Shown in pieces: positions 7,082-14,725 of a stretch of DNA of 17,536 bases. Origin of the DNA: a virus. Taxonomy: Duplodnaviria > Heunggongvirae > Uroviricota > Caudoviricetes. Below the pieces are notes generated by a model. The model had not been told where the DNA came from. It did no database searches and saw nothing but the letters and a program-made list of their open reading frames with translations. How positions within the stretch are numbered: position 1 is the first letter of the stretch; each line of letters starts with the position of its first letter. The DNA lies in the IMG/VR virus record IMGVR_UViG_2648501186_000010, positions 1 to 17,536 of that record; one strand, written 5' to 3'. The translations under genes were made by a program, and so were the position numbers.

Positions 7082-8857
7082 ATGGCTAAATACTCTGAAG
7101 AATTAAAAGGCGTTGTTCGCGCACTTTATCTGCGCCGCTATACGCCAAAGGAAATCGCATCTGAATTAAATCTGCCGAATGCGCGGATCGTTTACTACTG
7201 GGCGGAGAAATACAGCTGGGCGGATTTGCTCAGTTTTGAAAGCACAGAGGAAGCAATTGAACGCCGTTACCAGCTGCTGGCCAGCCGCGATAACAAAACC
7301 GATCTCGACCTGGAAGAAATGGACATGCTCATTGCTCATGCCACGAAACTGCGTGCGCAGAGTAATAAACACAAAGAGAAAATGGCCAGCGGTCAGAGTT
7401 CCGGGCAAGCAGCTGCGCGGGACAACAATGACGACGAATCACGCAGCAAACGGAAATACAAGAAAAACGATATTACGTCGCTGACGCAGGAGGACTTTGA
7501 CGCATGGGCTGAAGAACATCTTTTTGAATATCAGAAACACCTGCGCAATAACATTGGCCAGCTTGTCAGGAACATCCTGAAAAGCCGCCAGATCGGTGCG
7601 ACCTGGTATTTTGCGTTTGAAGCGTTTGAAAACGCGGTGATGACCGGCGATCCGCAAATCTTTCTGTCAGCGTCAAAGGCACAGGCTGAAGTGTTCCGGT
7701 CTTACATCGTGAATATTGCAGAGCAGTATTTCGGTATTACGCTAACCGGCAACCCGATCCGCTTAAGCAACGGCGCAGAACTGCGTTTTCTCTCCACCAA
7801 CAAAAACACCGCCCAGTCCTACAGTGGCCACCTGTACTGTGACGAATATTTCTGGGTGCCAAACTTTGCAAAACTTAACGAAGTGGCCAGCGCAATGGCC
7901 ACACATGACAAGTGGCGCACCACCTATTTTTCAACGCCATCGGCAAAAACGCACCAGGCTTACCCGTTCTGGACGGGCGATGAGTGGAAACAGGGCAGTA
8001 AAAAACGTGCGGCCATTAAGTTTCCGTCCTTTAACGACATGCGTGACGGCGGGCGACTCTGCCCGGATGGGCAATGGCGCTACGTCATTACGATGGAAGA
8101 TGCCATTGCGGGCGGTTTCAACCTGGCGAACATCGAGAAACTTCGCAACCGCTACAACGACGCCACTTTTAACATGCTCTATATGTGCGTGTTCGTTGAC
8201 AGCAAAGATTCCGTTTTCAGCTTTTCTGACCTAGAAGCCTGCGGCGTTGAAATCGACACCTGGCAGGATCACAACCCTGATGCAACGCGGCCATTCGGTG
8301 ACAGGCCAGTTTGGGGCGGCTTTGACCCGGCTCGCAGCGGTGATTTGTCTTGTTTTGTCATCATCGCCCCGCCGATGCTCGCCGTGGAGAAGTTCCGCGT
8401 TCTGAAGGTGATTTACTGGAAAGGCATGAACTTCCGGTATCAGGCAAAACAGATCGAGCAGTTGTTCAAAAAATACAACTTCACTTATCTGGGAGTAGAC
8501 GTTACCGGCATTGGCCAGGGTGTTTTTGACAACATTCAGCATTTTGCCATGCGCGTGGCCGTCCCTATTCGTTACGACCTGAACACCAAAAATCAACTGG
8601 TGCTGAAAGCGGTGGACGTGGTGGAAAGCCAACGTATTGAGTGGGATAAAAACCTGAAAGAGATCGCGGCCAGCTTTATGTCTGTGCGCCGAACCACCAC
8701 ACAAAGCGGCAACGCCATGACGTTTGTCGCTGACCGCAGCCAGGATACTGGCCACGCGGAGGCGTTCTGGGCGATTACCCACGGTCTGCATAACGAACCC
8801 CTTAACTATGAAAACAAACCTAAATCCCGCTGGGGTGTAAGGAAAGAGGCAGCATGA
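7082..8857 (+). CDS. P: Terminase large (ATPase) subunit, gpP family
   Basis: 591 aa (P2 gpP is about 590). Divergent from O, and its stop overlaps the Q start (ATGA), as in P2-like phages. Confidence 0.9.
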   Translation: MAKYSEELKGVVRALYLRRYTPKEIASELNLPNARIVYYWAEKYSWADLLSFESTEEAIERRYQLLASRDNKTDLDLEEMDMLIAHATKLRAQSNKHKEKMASGQSSGQAAARDNNDDESRSKRKYKKNDITSLTQEDFDAWAEEHLFEYQKHLRNNIGQLVRNILKSRQIGATWYFAFEAFENAVMTGDPQIFLSASKAQAEVFRSYIVNIAEQYFGITLTGNPIRLSNGAELRFLSTNKNTAQSYSGHLYCDEYFWVPNFAKLNEVASAMATHDKWRTTYFSTPSAKTHQAYPFWTGDEWKQGSKKRAAIKFPSFNDMRDGGRLCPDGQWRYVITMEDAIAGGFNLANIEKLRNRYNDATFNMLYMCVFVDSKDSVFSFSDLEACGVEIDTWQDHNPDATRPFGDRPVWGGFDPARSGDLSCFVIIAPPMLAVEKFRVLKVIYWKGMNFRYQAKQIEQLFKKYNFTYLGVDVTGIGQGVFDNIQHFAMRVAVPIRYDLNTKNQLVLKAVDVVESQRIEWDKNLKEIAASFMSVRRTTTQSGNAMTFVADRSQDTGHAEAFWAITHGLHNEPLNYENKPKSRWGVRKEAA

Positions 8858-9915
8858 GTAAAAAGAAACGCTTTGTTAAGCGCGACCAGCGCGGCGACAA
8901 ATCAAAAAAGATGAGCATTATCACATTCGGCAAACCTGAACCGGTTCTGACTACCGGCACAGATTACCGTGATATCTGGTACGACAATGCCGCCGATCAC
9001 TTCACCCAGCCGATTGACCGGCTGGCACTCGCACAGCTGATTAATCTTAACGGTCAGCACGGCGGCATCATTCACGCCCGCAAAAACATGATTGTTTCAG
9101 ACTACCTGGGGGGCGGGCTTATTCACGACCAGCTGGAAGCGGCAGCGTTTGACTATATAACCTTTGGGGATATTGCGATTGCCAAAATTCGTAACGGCTG
9201 GGGCGACGTGATCGCACTTGAACCCTTGCCCGGTCTGTATATTCGCCGCCGCAAAGTCAGAGATAACGCCCTGGATAAGCCCGGTGACTACGTGGTGTTA
9301 CAGGAAGGAGAACCGCAGGTATGGCCAGAAGAAGATATTATCTTCATCAAAATGTATGACCCACAACAGCATATCTACGGACTGCCGGACTACATCGGCG
9401 GTGTACATTCCGCGTTACTTAACAGTGAAGCGGTCATTTTCCGACGCCGCTATTACCACAACGGTGCGCACACAGGCGGTATTCTTTATACTCGCGATCC
9501 CAGCATGACGGACGAAATGGAGGAAGAAATTGAACAGCAGCTGCGTGACAGCAAAGGGATCGGTAACTTCTCCACCATCCTTGTAAACATTCCCGGTGGA
9601 GACGGCGACGCCATCAAATTCATTGAAATGGGGGATATTTCCGCGAAGGATGAATTTGCCAACATCAAAAACATCAGCGCCCAGGACATTCTGAACGCGC
9701 ACCGTTTCCCTGCCGGCCTCGCCGGTATTGTCCCGCAGAACACTGCCGGACTGGGGGATGTTGAAAAGGCTGAACGCATTTACAAGAAAAGCGAAATTGC
9801 CCCCATCCAGCGCCGTTTCATGCTGGCCGTTAACAACGATCCTGAAATACCGGAAAGGCTGCACCTTAACTTTGATTTAAGTTACACAGAATCAACGGAT
9901 AAGGGTGCGGCATGA
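8854..9915 (+). CDS. Q: Portal (capsid vertex) protein, gpQ family
   Basis: 353 aa directly downstream of and overlapping P; size and position match P2 gpQ. Confidence 0.9.
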   Translation: MSKKKRFVKRDQRGDKSKKMSIITFGKPEPVLTTGTDYRDIWYDNAADHFTQPIDRLALAQLINLNGQHGGIIHARKNMIVSDYLGGGLIHDQLEAAAFDYITFGDIAIAKIRNGWGDVIALEPLPGLYIRRRKVRDNALDKPGDYVVLQEGEPQVWPEEDIIFIKMYDPQQHIYGLPDYIGGVHSALLNSEAVIFRRRYYHNGAHTGGILYTRDPSMTDEMEEEIEQQLRDSKGIGNFSTILVNIPGGDGDAIKFIEMGDISAKDEFANIKNISAQDILNAHRFPAGLAGIVPQNTAGLGDVEKAERIYKKSEIAPIQRRFMLAVNNDPEIPERLHLNFDLSYTESTDKGAA

Positions 9916-9965
9916 GGCGAAAGAGGCTAAAATCCAGGCATCATTTAACAGCTGGAGCATGGAAT

Positions 9966-10235
9966 ATGCGAGTTCTGAAAATCGAATGCCCGGAATGCGG
10001 CTCAAAGGCTGTTATTCGTAAAACAAACAGGAAGCACCGGCAGATTGCCGATATTTACTGTGCCTGTTCAGATGTTGAGTGTGGCCACACGTTTGTTATG
10101 AATCTGACGTTCTCCCACACTCTCAGCCCCAGCGCTAAAACGGGTGATGCGATGGTGCAAAAAATACTGAATGCACTTTCACCCGATCAGCGCCAGATGG
10201 CATTAGACCTACTGAAAGCGACTCCCGCCGCCTGA
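9966..10235 (+). CDS. Ogr/Delta-family zinc-finger late transcription activator, with ~45 aa C-terminal extension
   Basis: MRVLKIECPECGSKAVIRKTNRKHRQIADIYCACSDVECGHTF matches the Ogr/Delta C-x2-C ... C-x4-C..TF pattern (P2 Ogr, 186 B). GGAG 9 nt upstream of ATG 9966; an alternative ATG at 9912 overlaps the Q stop. Confidence 0.7.
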   Translation: MRVLKIECPECGSKAVIRKTNRKHRQIADIYCACSDVECGHTFVMNLTFSHTLSPSAKTGDAMVQKILNALSPDQRQMALDLLKATPAA

Positions 10236-10415
10236 AATGCCCCCATTCTGGGGGCGTTGCCCTTCCTTTTTAACTATTTCGCGAACCTCTCCCGCAAGCT
10301 CTCCAATCCAGGCCAAAGCGATTGTTTTTTCTCTCTGGTTACTTTCGTAAACATGGGCAATTTTGGCCAATAACTCAATGCGTTCCAGCTGTGCCGACGC
10401 CTCCAAAAGATCCAT
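10209..10415 (-). CDS. Small protein (68 aa), candidate SOS-inducible antirepressor-type gene (Tum-like by position and regulation only)
   Basis: ATG at 10415 with GGGGG-containing RBS; helical-looking sequence (LERIELLAKIAHVYESNQREKTIALAWIGELAGEVREIVKK). A LexA-box-like site lies 25 bp upstream. Same strand as and downstream of A, where P2/186 carry accessory genes (tin/old, tum). Confidence 0.4.
   Translation of the reverse strand: MDLLEASAQLERIELLAKIAHVYESNQREKTIALAWIGELAGEVREIVKKEGQRPQNGGISGGGSRFQ
10240..10270 (+). terminator. Possible terminator hairpin after the ogr-like gene
   Basis: GCCCCCA-ttc-TGGGGGC stem-loop (10240..10256) followed by gttgcccttccttttt; the T-tract is offset from the stem, so weak. 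Confidence 0.3.
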
Positions 10416-10439
10416 TTAGCCCCCACAAGCAATAAATAA

Positions 10440-10455
10440 CTGGATATACATACAG
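10440..10455. promoter_or_regulatory. LexA-box-like site (CTGG-ATATACAT-ACAG; minus strand CTGTATGTATATCCAG)
   Basis: CTG-N10-CAG core with AT-rich centre; 14 of 16 matches to the CTGTATATATATACAG consensus. A minus-strand TTGTCA -35-like hexamer lies about 50 bp upstream of the box. Confidence 0.4.
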
Positions 10456-10534
10456 TACACCTTAAAGCACGAATTGTGAAATTTAATTTCCTGCCATCTA
10501 CTGACAAATGAATGCCTTTCACATAATTACACCG

Positions 10535-12556
10535 CTATAACCACCCCGGCCACAGTTCCTGCAATGGCTCGTTTTGAGTCTCTTTAAGCCGCCCGTTGCG
10601 GTAAATCAGAGCGCCCTGACCAAATCTCAAACCACTACCCCGCAAGAGAATGGCTATTTCTTCATCAGAACCATCAAAACCCCGACTGCGTAATTCCAGT
10701 TTTAACCGTCTGCGGGCTCCCCCCTCCGTACAGTTATTGACAGAACTCCAAGGGGCGGCGTTGCCGCCAGAAAAACCCGCCTCCGCTGGCGCTTCGGCCA
10801 ACTTCGCAACCTTTTGCCACTTAACCAGACGGGTGCAAACTTCTGAATCAGGAACCAAAGGAGAATAAACCCCCTGTATGCGCTGCACGTCCTCTGCATA
10901 CTCGTTGCCCTGTTCCGTAATTTCATAGGCCAGACGAACAACCAGATCACGGCGGGCAACCAGTGCACCGCCCTGCGCCTGGGTATATGCAGCCCAGTCC
11001 CCGACATCAGCAGCGGCCAGAACCGCATCCATTCTGCGATCGGTCAGCACCTGATCCCGCAACCGACGCAGCTCACGCCAGACAGTTACCGGCGCACCAC
11101 CAATCTGCTGAAACTGACGAATACGCCAGCGTGAAGCCCATGCAGAAACGGACTTAGCCATATCACGCAGGTTTTCGCCGGTTTCTTCGTCATGCTCACC
11201 ATCCAGCGCAAAACCATCAATATTTTTTGAAATGTATTTCGCGATGTAGCCCGTGGCCGAACCTTTGGCGGGATCGATAGCTTCAACATGAAAACGCGCC
11301 TTCAGCGCCTTTTCAGATTGCAGTTCTTCAGAATCGGTAATTCTGGCGTGATAGCAAAGAATATCGCGTACCGTGTCCACGTCATGCGGACGCATAAAAA
11401 GCAACATATGCCAGTGCGGTGTCCCGTCATGGTGAGGCTCAACAACCCGAAACCCAAATACATGAATACCCGCACGCGAGATCGCTGCGCGTGCTTTTGC
11501 CCATACGCCGCATAAATAGCGCTGGGTATCCTGCGGCGTACATCCATCCCATTGCGATACAAAGCCACCTTTGCTGTGCACTGCGTGGAAACGTGATGGC
11601 GCGGTGATGGTGTAAAACTCACCGGCCAGCCCTTCTTCATTGGCCATATCTTCAAACCCTCGCATTCTTACCATTAGTTCACATCGACGGATCGCCGGAT
11701 TTGCAACGCTGCGGTGCACCATGCTGTCCAGTGCAATGCGCAGCCCCTCATCATTCAGCAGATCAAACTTTTTAAAGAACTCCAGATTCCGCTTTTTCTG
11801 GTCTATCCATTCGTCCAGTGTTTTGCGGGATACATAAGCGCTGGCCGCTTTTTGTACCTGTCCCACCGCGATGGCCATATGTTCGCGCTGCATATCACGC
11901 GCACGTTTAAGACGTAGGTACCACCATTCCGGCGCCATCATGCGCAGTATCCCGGATTCCGCCTTACGCATTTCCAGTTGACCTTCATTGGCCTCATGTT
12001 CAGCCCAGTACGGCGGCTGGTTATTCAGCATCAGGCAACCCGCGCAAAGATGGCGGTATGATTCCAAGGTGCGGCGATGCAGCTCTCTGGCGTCGTCAGT
12101 GCCAGAGTCAAACTGTTCGGTGAAGTCATAAAGTGACTGGGAAATCCAACCAGATACCTGGCCAGCCAGTTTTTTAAGATCAGGACGGTCTAGTGACGGC
12201 AAGCGCTCCATCGACTTACCAAAAGGAAGATCAGCAGCGTCAGCGGCCAGCGAGTAACGCGCAGCCACTTTGCGCAGACGTGGCAATACACTCCCGCCGA
12301 TAGTCTGGCGCAGGAATGTATTGGCACGGCGACGCCCGTCACGACCAGCAAACAGCTTTTCGTAACGACGGCCAAAATACCCGGCTAACCAGTCGGGTAT
12401 CTCATGAAGGTACTGTGAGCGCCATTCGTAATCCTGTGGGTTAACCGCCCACAGGCGGCGCTCAGTGAGCGTGGCGTCTGTAGGTGTACCCGGTGCGAAC
12501 GTTTCACGCCGCCAGGTATCGACGGCGTGATGTTGGCCATTGGCGACAGGAGTCAT
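10535..12556 (-). CDS. A: Rolling-circle replication initiator (gpA family, HUH endonuclease)
   Basis: 673 aa with HUH-type motif (GTPHWHMLLF) and catalytic-Tyr motif (YIAKYISK) typical of P2/186 A proteins. Start ATG overlaps the dam stop (ATGA). Confidence 0.85.
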   Translation of the reverse strand: MTPVANGQHHAVDTWRRETFAPGTPTDATLTERRLWAVNPQDYEWRSQYLHEIPDWLAGYFGRRYEKLFAGRDGRRRANTFLRQTIGGSVLPRLRKVAARYSLAADAADLPFGKSMERLPSLDRPDLKKLAGQVSGWISQSLYDFTEQFDSGTDDARELHRRTLESYRHLCAGCLMLNNQPPYWAEHEANEGQLEMRKAESGILRMMAPEWWYLRLKRARDMQREHMAIAVGQVQKAASAYVSRKTLDEWIDQKKRNLEFFKKFDLLNDEGLRIALDSMVHRSVANPAIRRCELMVRMRGFEDMANEEGLAGEFYTITAPSRFHAVHSKGGFVSQWDGCTPQDTQRYLCGVWAKARAAISRAGIHVFGFRVVEPHHDGTPHWHMLLFMRPHDVDTVRDILCYHARITDSEELQSEKALKARFHVEAIDPAKGSATGYIAKYISKNIDGFALDGEHDEETGENLRDMAKSVSAWASRWRIRQFQQIGGAPVTVWRELRRLRDQVLTDRRMDAVLAAADVGDWAAYTQAQGGALVARRDLVVRLAYEITEQGNEYAEDVQRIQGVYSPLVPDSEVCTRLVKWQKVAKLAEAPAEAGFSGGNAAPWSSVNNCTEGGARRRLKLELRSRGFDGSDEEIAILLRGSGLRFGQGALIYRNGRLKETQNEPLQELWPGWL

Positions 12557-13413
12557 GCGCAGGCCATCGCTATAGAACCAAGCGGCGACTTCAGAATTAA
12601 CTCTGCGGCAACTTTCTGGCTTGCAGCTGCGGCACCAACACTACGTGGGGCATTAATGCGAACGGCTTCAAATCCGGCGTACAGGTAATGCACCATTTCC
12701 AGATCGGCATTAGAGGCCACAACCGGCACACCTTTTCTGGCCAGACGGCGCAACTTACGCGCCAGCCTCCCCTGATCCATGTGCGAAAAACCGCGCTCAT
12801 GGTAAGCGGTGAAATTGTCGCTTTCAGTCAGATAAGGCGGATCACAGTAAACAACGTCATTCCCGTCCCGAACCAAATCGAGCGTTTCTGAATAGTGGGC
12901 AGTAATGAACGTTGCGCGTTTCGCTTTTTCAGCAAAGGCACGGATTTCATCAGCGGGAAAATAAGGCTTTTTGTACTTACCGAACGGGACGTTGAACTGG
13001 CCTCGGCGATTATACCGGCACAGGCCATTGAAGCAGTGGCGATTCAGGTACAGGAAACGCGCAGCATTTTCAACAGATTCAGAACCGGCCTTACCACCAG
13101 AAAGATTGAAAGCATCACGCACTGCGTAATAGAAAATGGCACGGCTTTCTTCATCACCTAACGAACCGGCAGTAAACAGGATCTCCAGCTCATTCAGCAG
13201 CGCATCAGTGTGATACGCCATCGCCTTATAAAGATTAACCAGATCAGGATTCACATCTGCGATCAGATACTCGTCATAATCCGTATTCATCATGACAGCG
13301 CAGGAACCTGCGAACGGTTCAACCAGGCGTTTACCTTCTGGAAGGTGCGGACGCAGCATAGGCATAAGGCGGGCTTTGCTGCCCACCCATTTAAGCGGAG
13401 TTTTTATTGCCAT
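12553..13413 (-). CDS. dam: DNA adenine (N6) methyltransferase, Dam-like
   Basis: Motif I (VEPFAGSCAV) and motif IV DPPY; Dam-like N-terminus (WVGSKARL). ATG at 13413 chosen over the upstream in-frame start of the track ORF. Confidence 0.85.
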   Translation of the reverse strand: MAIKTPLKWVGSKARLMPMLRPHLPEGKRLVEPFAGSCAVMMNTDYDEYLIADVNPDLVNLYKAMAYHTDALLNELEILFTAGSLGDEESRAIFYYAVRDAFNLSGGKAGSESVENAARFLYLNRHCFNGLCRYNRRGQFNVPFGKYKKPYFPADEIRAFAEKAKRATFITAHYSETLDLVRDGNDVVYCDPPYLTESDNFTAYHERGFSHMDQGRLARKLRRLARKGVPVVASNADLEMVHYLYAGFEAVRINAPRSVGAAAASQKVAAELILKSPLGSIAMACA

Positions 13414-13637
13414 GCCGCACCGCCTTTGCTGCAAATCGCCGCGGCTTCTTCGCGGATCAACTCAACGATTTCCGTTGCGCTTAAACCTTCATTGGCTGCA
13501 TGGGTGGCCAGCTTATTCAGACGGGTGGAACACAAATCAGCAGCAGCGGCTTTACCTTCCTGCGTGGCTTTGGTGAGCATTGCCAGCAGGTCAGTGACTG
13601 ATTTTGTTGCGGGTAAATCCTGACGTGTCATATGCAT
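13404..13637 (-). CDS. Hypothetical small early protein (77 aa)
   Basis: ATG 13637 (or 13631) with AAGGA RBS; helical, Ala/Glu-rich; 3' end overlaps the dam start by 10 nt. No recognisable motif. Confidence 0.5.
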   Translation of the reverse strand: MHMTRQDLPATKSVTDLLAMLTKATQEGKAAAADLCSTRLNKLATHAANEGLSATEIVELIREEAAAICSKGGAAWQ

Positions 13638-13704
13638 TTTGGTTTCCTTAAGGCAAAAGAATCCCCGGCCACTTGAAACATGGCCAAAAAATTCAGGCGG
13701 TTAA

Positions 13705-14106
13705 TTAGTGAAAAGTGGGGTGTACTGTGGCAGCTGAGTAGTTCGGTACCGGAATCAGGTGCAGTTCATAGGTTGTCCGCCACCACTCCTGGATCAGTGC
13801 ATTTATCTCGCCAACTCCCAGCGCCCCGGCTGTATAGAAAATCGCACGAATCCCCGCCAGCGCTTCTATCTGGGCTTCTTTGCTTTCCGCTTCGCGATAC
13901 ACGCAGCACCAGAAAGCGGCATTGATCGCCAGCCAGTGACGCGGATTCGTCATGTGCTCGGTGTCATTGAAGAAGAACGGATGCAAAGCGATGCGGCCAT
14001 TTTTACTGGTGCTTTTCTCTGTAAACACTACAGCGTAGTTATGCGGGACACCCCACACAGCCAGTTCAGCCCCCAACGATTTACCCTCAACGGAAATAAT
14101 GGTCAT
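13705..14106 (-). CDS. Hypothetical early protein (133 aa)
   Basis: ATG at 14104..14106 overlaps the upstream gene stop (TAATG coupling). Trp/Cys-containing sequence with no family I recognise. Confidence 0.55.
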   Translation of the reverse strand: MTIISVEGKSLGAELAVWGVPHNYAVVFTEKSTSKNGRIALHPFFFNDTEHMTNPRHWLAINAAFWCCVYREAESKEAQIEALAGIRAIFYTAGALGVGEINALIQEWWRTTYELHLIPVPNYSAATVHPTFH

Positions 14107-14534
14107 TAGTGATTCCCCTGTTGCTGGAACTTATGGACGATATGAGGTGCAATCACCATCTGTACCCCACTACTGCTATAAATTGGATGTGCCTTTTTGA
14201 TCGGGCGGTTCGCGGTGCGCTTTGAAAAATCGCTGTCACGTAAACTGCCGAAACCTTCAAACGTTAACCGCGCCCGTGAAATGCCCTGGCGCAGTTGAAT
14301 CATGTCCCGATAGCCCAGGCGTTCATAAATCTCACGCCAGCAACATTTGCTTAAGTGGGCTTTAAATGCCCCGGAACCAGAAGTAACCGCAGCAGCATGA
14401 AGCACCACGCCGCGCCACTCCGGTGTTAAGTTGTCCCACCATTCAGCGGCCTCGCTGCTTTCGTTGAAGTATTTGCGGCGAATCTGTTTTAAATGCTCCA
14501 GCCCGCGCTTTTGCTGTTCCTGGCTAATCGCCAT
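14106..14534 (-). CDS. Hypothetical early protein (143 aa from ATG 14534; the ORF could instead start at GTG 14729, giving 207 aa)
   Basis: ATG 14534 preceded by GGGGG RBS (tataGGGGGcgttATG). The longer model starts at a GTG overlapping the cII stop. Occupies the fil/dhr/B position of 186/P2. Confidence 0.5.
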   Translation of the reverse strand: MAISQEQQKRGLEHLKQIRRKYFNESSEAAEWWDNLTPEWRGVVLHAAAVTSGSGAFKAHLSKCCWREIYERLGYRDMIQLRQGISRARLTFEGFGSLRDSDFSKRTANRPIKKAHPIYSSSGVQMVIAPHIVHKFQQQGNH

Positions 14535-14542
14535 AACGCCCC

Positions 14543-14716
14543 CTATAGTCCCATCAGACGACGCCACCACGGGCGGCGCGGCTGCTGGCCATTGAATTTG
14601 TACATGTGGCCAGGGTTCCAGCGCTGACCGTTTGGCAGTTCTATCCAGCCCGTTGAACCACTCGGCAACTGCATGGCTGGTGATTCTTTTTTCAGGTAAG
14701 TGACAAACGCTTTCAT
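14543..14716 (-). CDS. Candidate small ORF (57 aa) directly downstream of cII, alternative frame to the 207 aa model
   Basis: ATG at 14716 preceded by GAGGGA RBS, 10 nt after the cII stop; the stop at 14543..14545 lies 8 nt before the ATG at 14534. Translation MKAFVTYLKKESPAMQLPSGSTGWIELPNGQRWNPGHMYKFNGQQPRRPWWRRLMGL. Below the size cutoff of the supplied track. Confidence 0.3.
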   Translation of the reverse strand: MKAFVTYLKKESPAMQLPSGSTGWIELPNGQRWNPGHMYKFNGQQPRRPWWRRLMGL

Positions 14717-14725
14717 GGTGTTCCC

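Noticed and set aside
7166-9864. ORFs inside or antisense to P and Q (7166..7408, 7179..7484, 7439..7657, 7824..8234, 8231..8791, 9218..9508, 9415..9864, 9486..9779)
   Set aside because: The terminase and portal frames are long and uninterrupted; these are frame-shadow ORFs.
9912-9965. Upstream ATG (9912) as the start of the ogr-like gene
   Set aside because: Ogr/Delta proteins begin right at the zinc finger; ATG 9966 has a GGAG RBS and gives that arrangement. Not excluded, since ATG 9912 overlaps the Q stop, which would allow coupling.
10274-10522. 82 aa minus-strand ORF overlapping the 68 aa candidate in another frame
   Set aside because: Starts at a non-ATG codon inside the putative promoter/LexA-box region and has a junk-like sequence (WRRRHSW...); the 68 aa frame has the better RBS and composition.
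10650-12375. Short ORFs on both strands within the A gene (10650..10868, 10702..11028, 10963..11157, 11086..11289, 11288..11515, 11302..11655, 11419..11607, 11640..11837, 11714..11917, 12190..12375)
   Set aside because: All lie inside the 673 aa replication initiator frame, which carries recognisable HUH and Tyr motifs.
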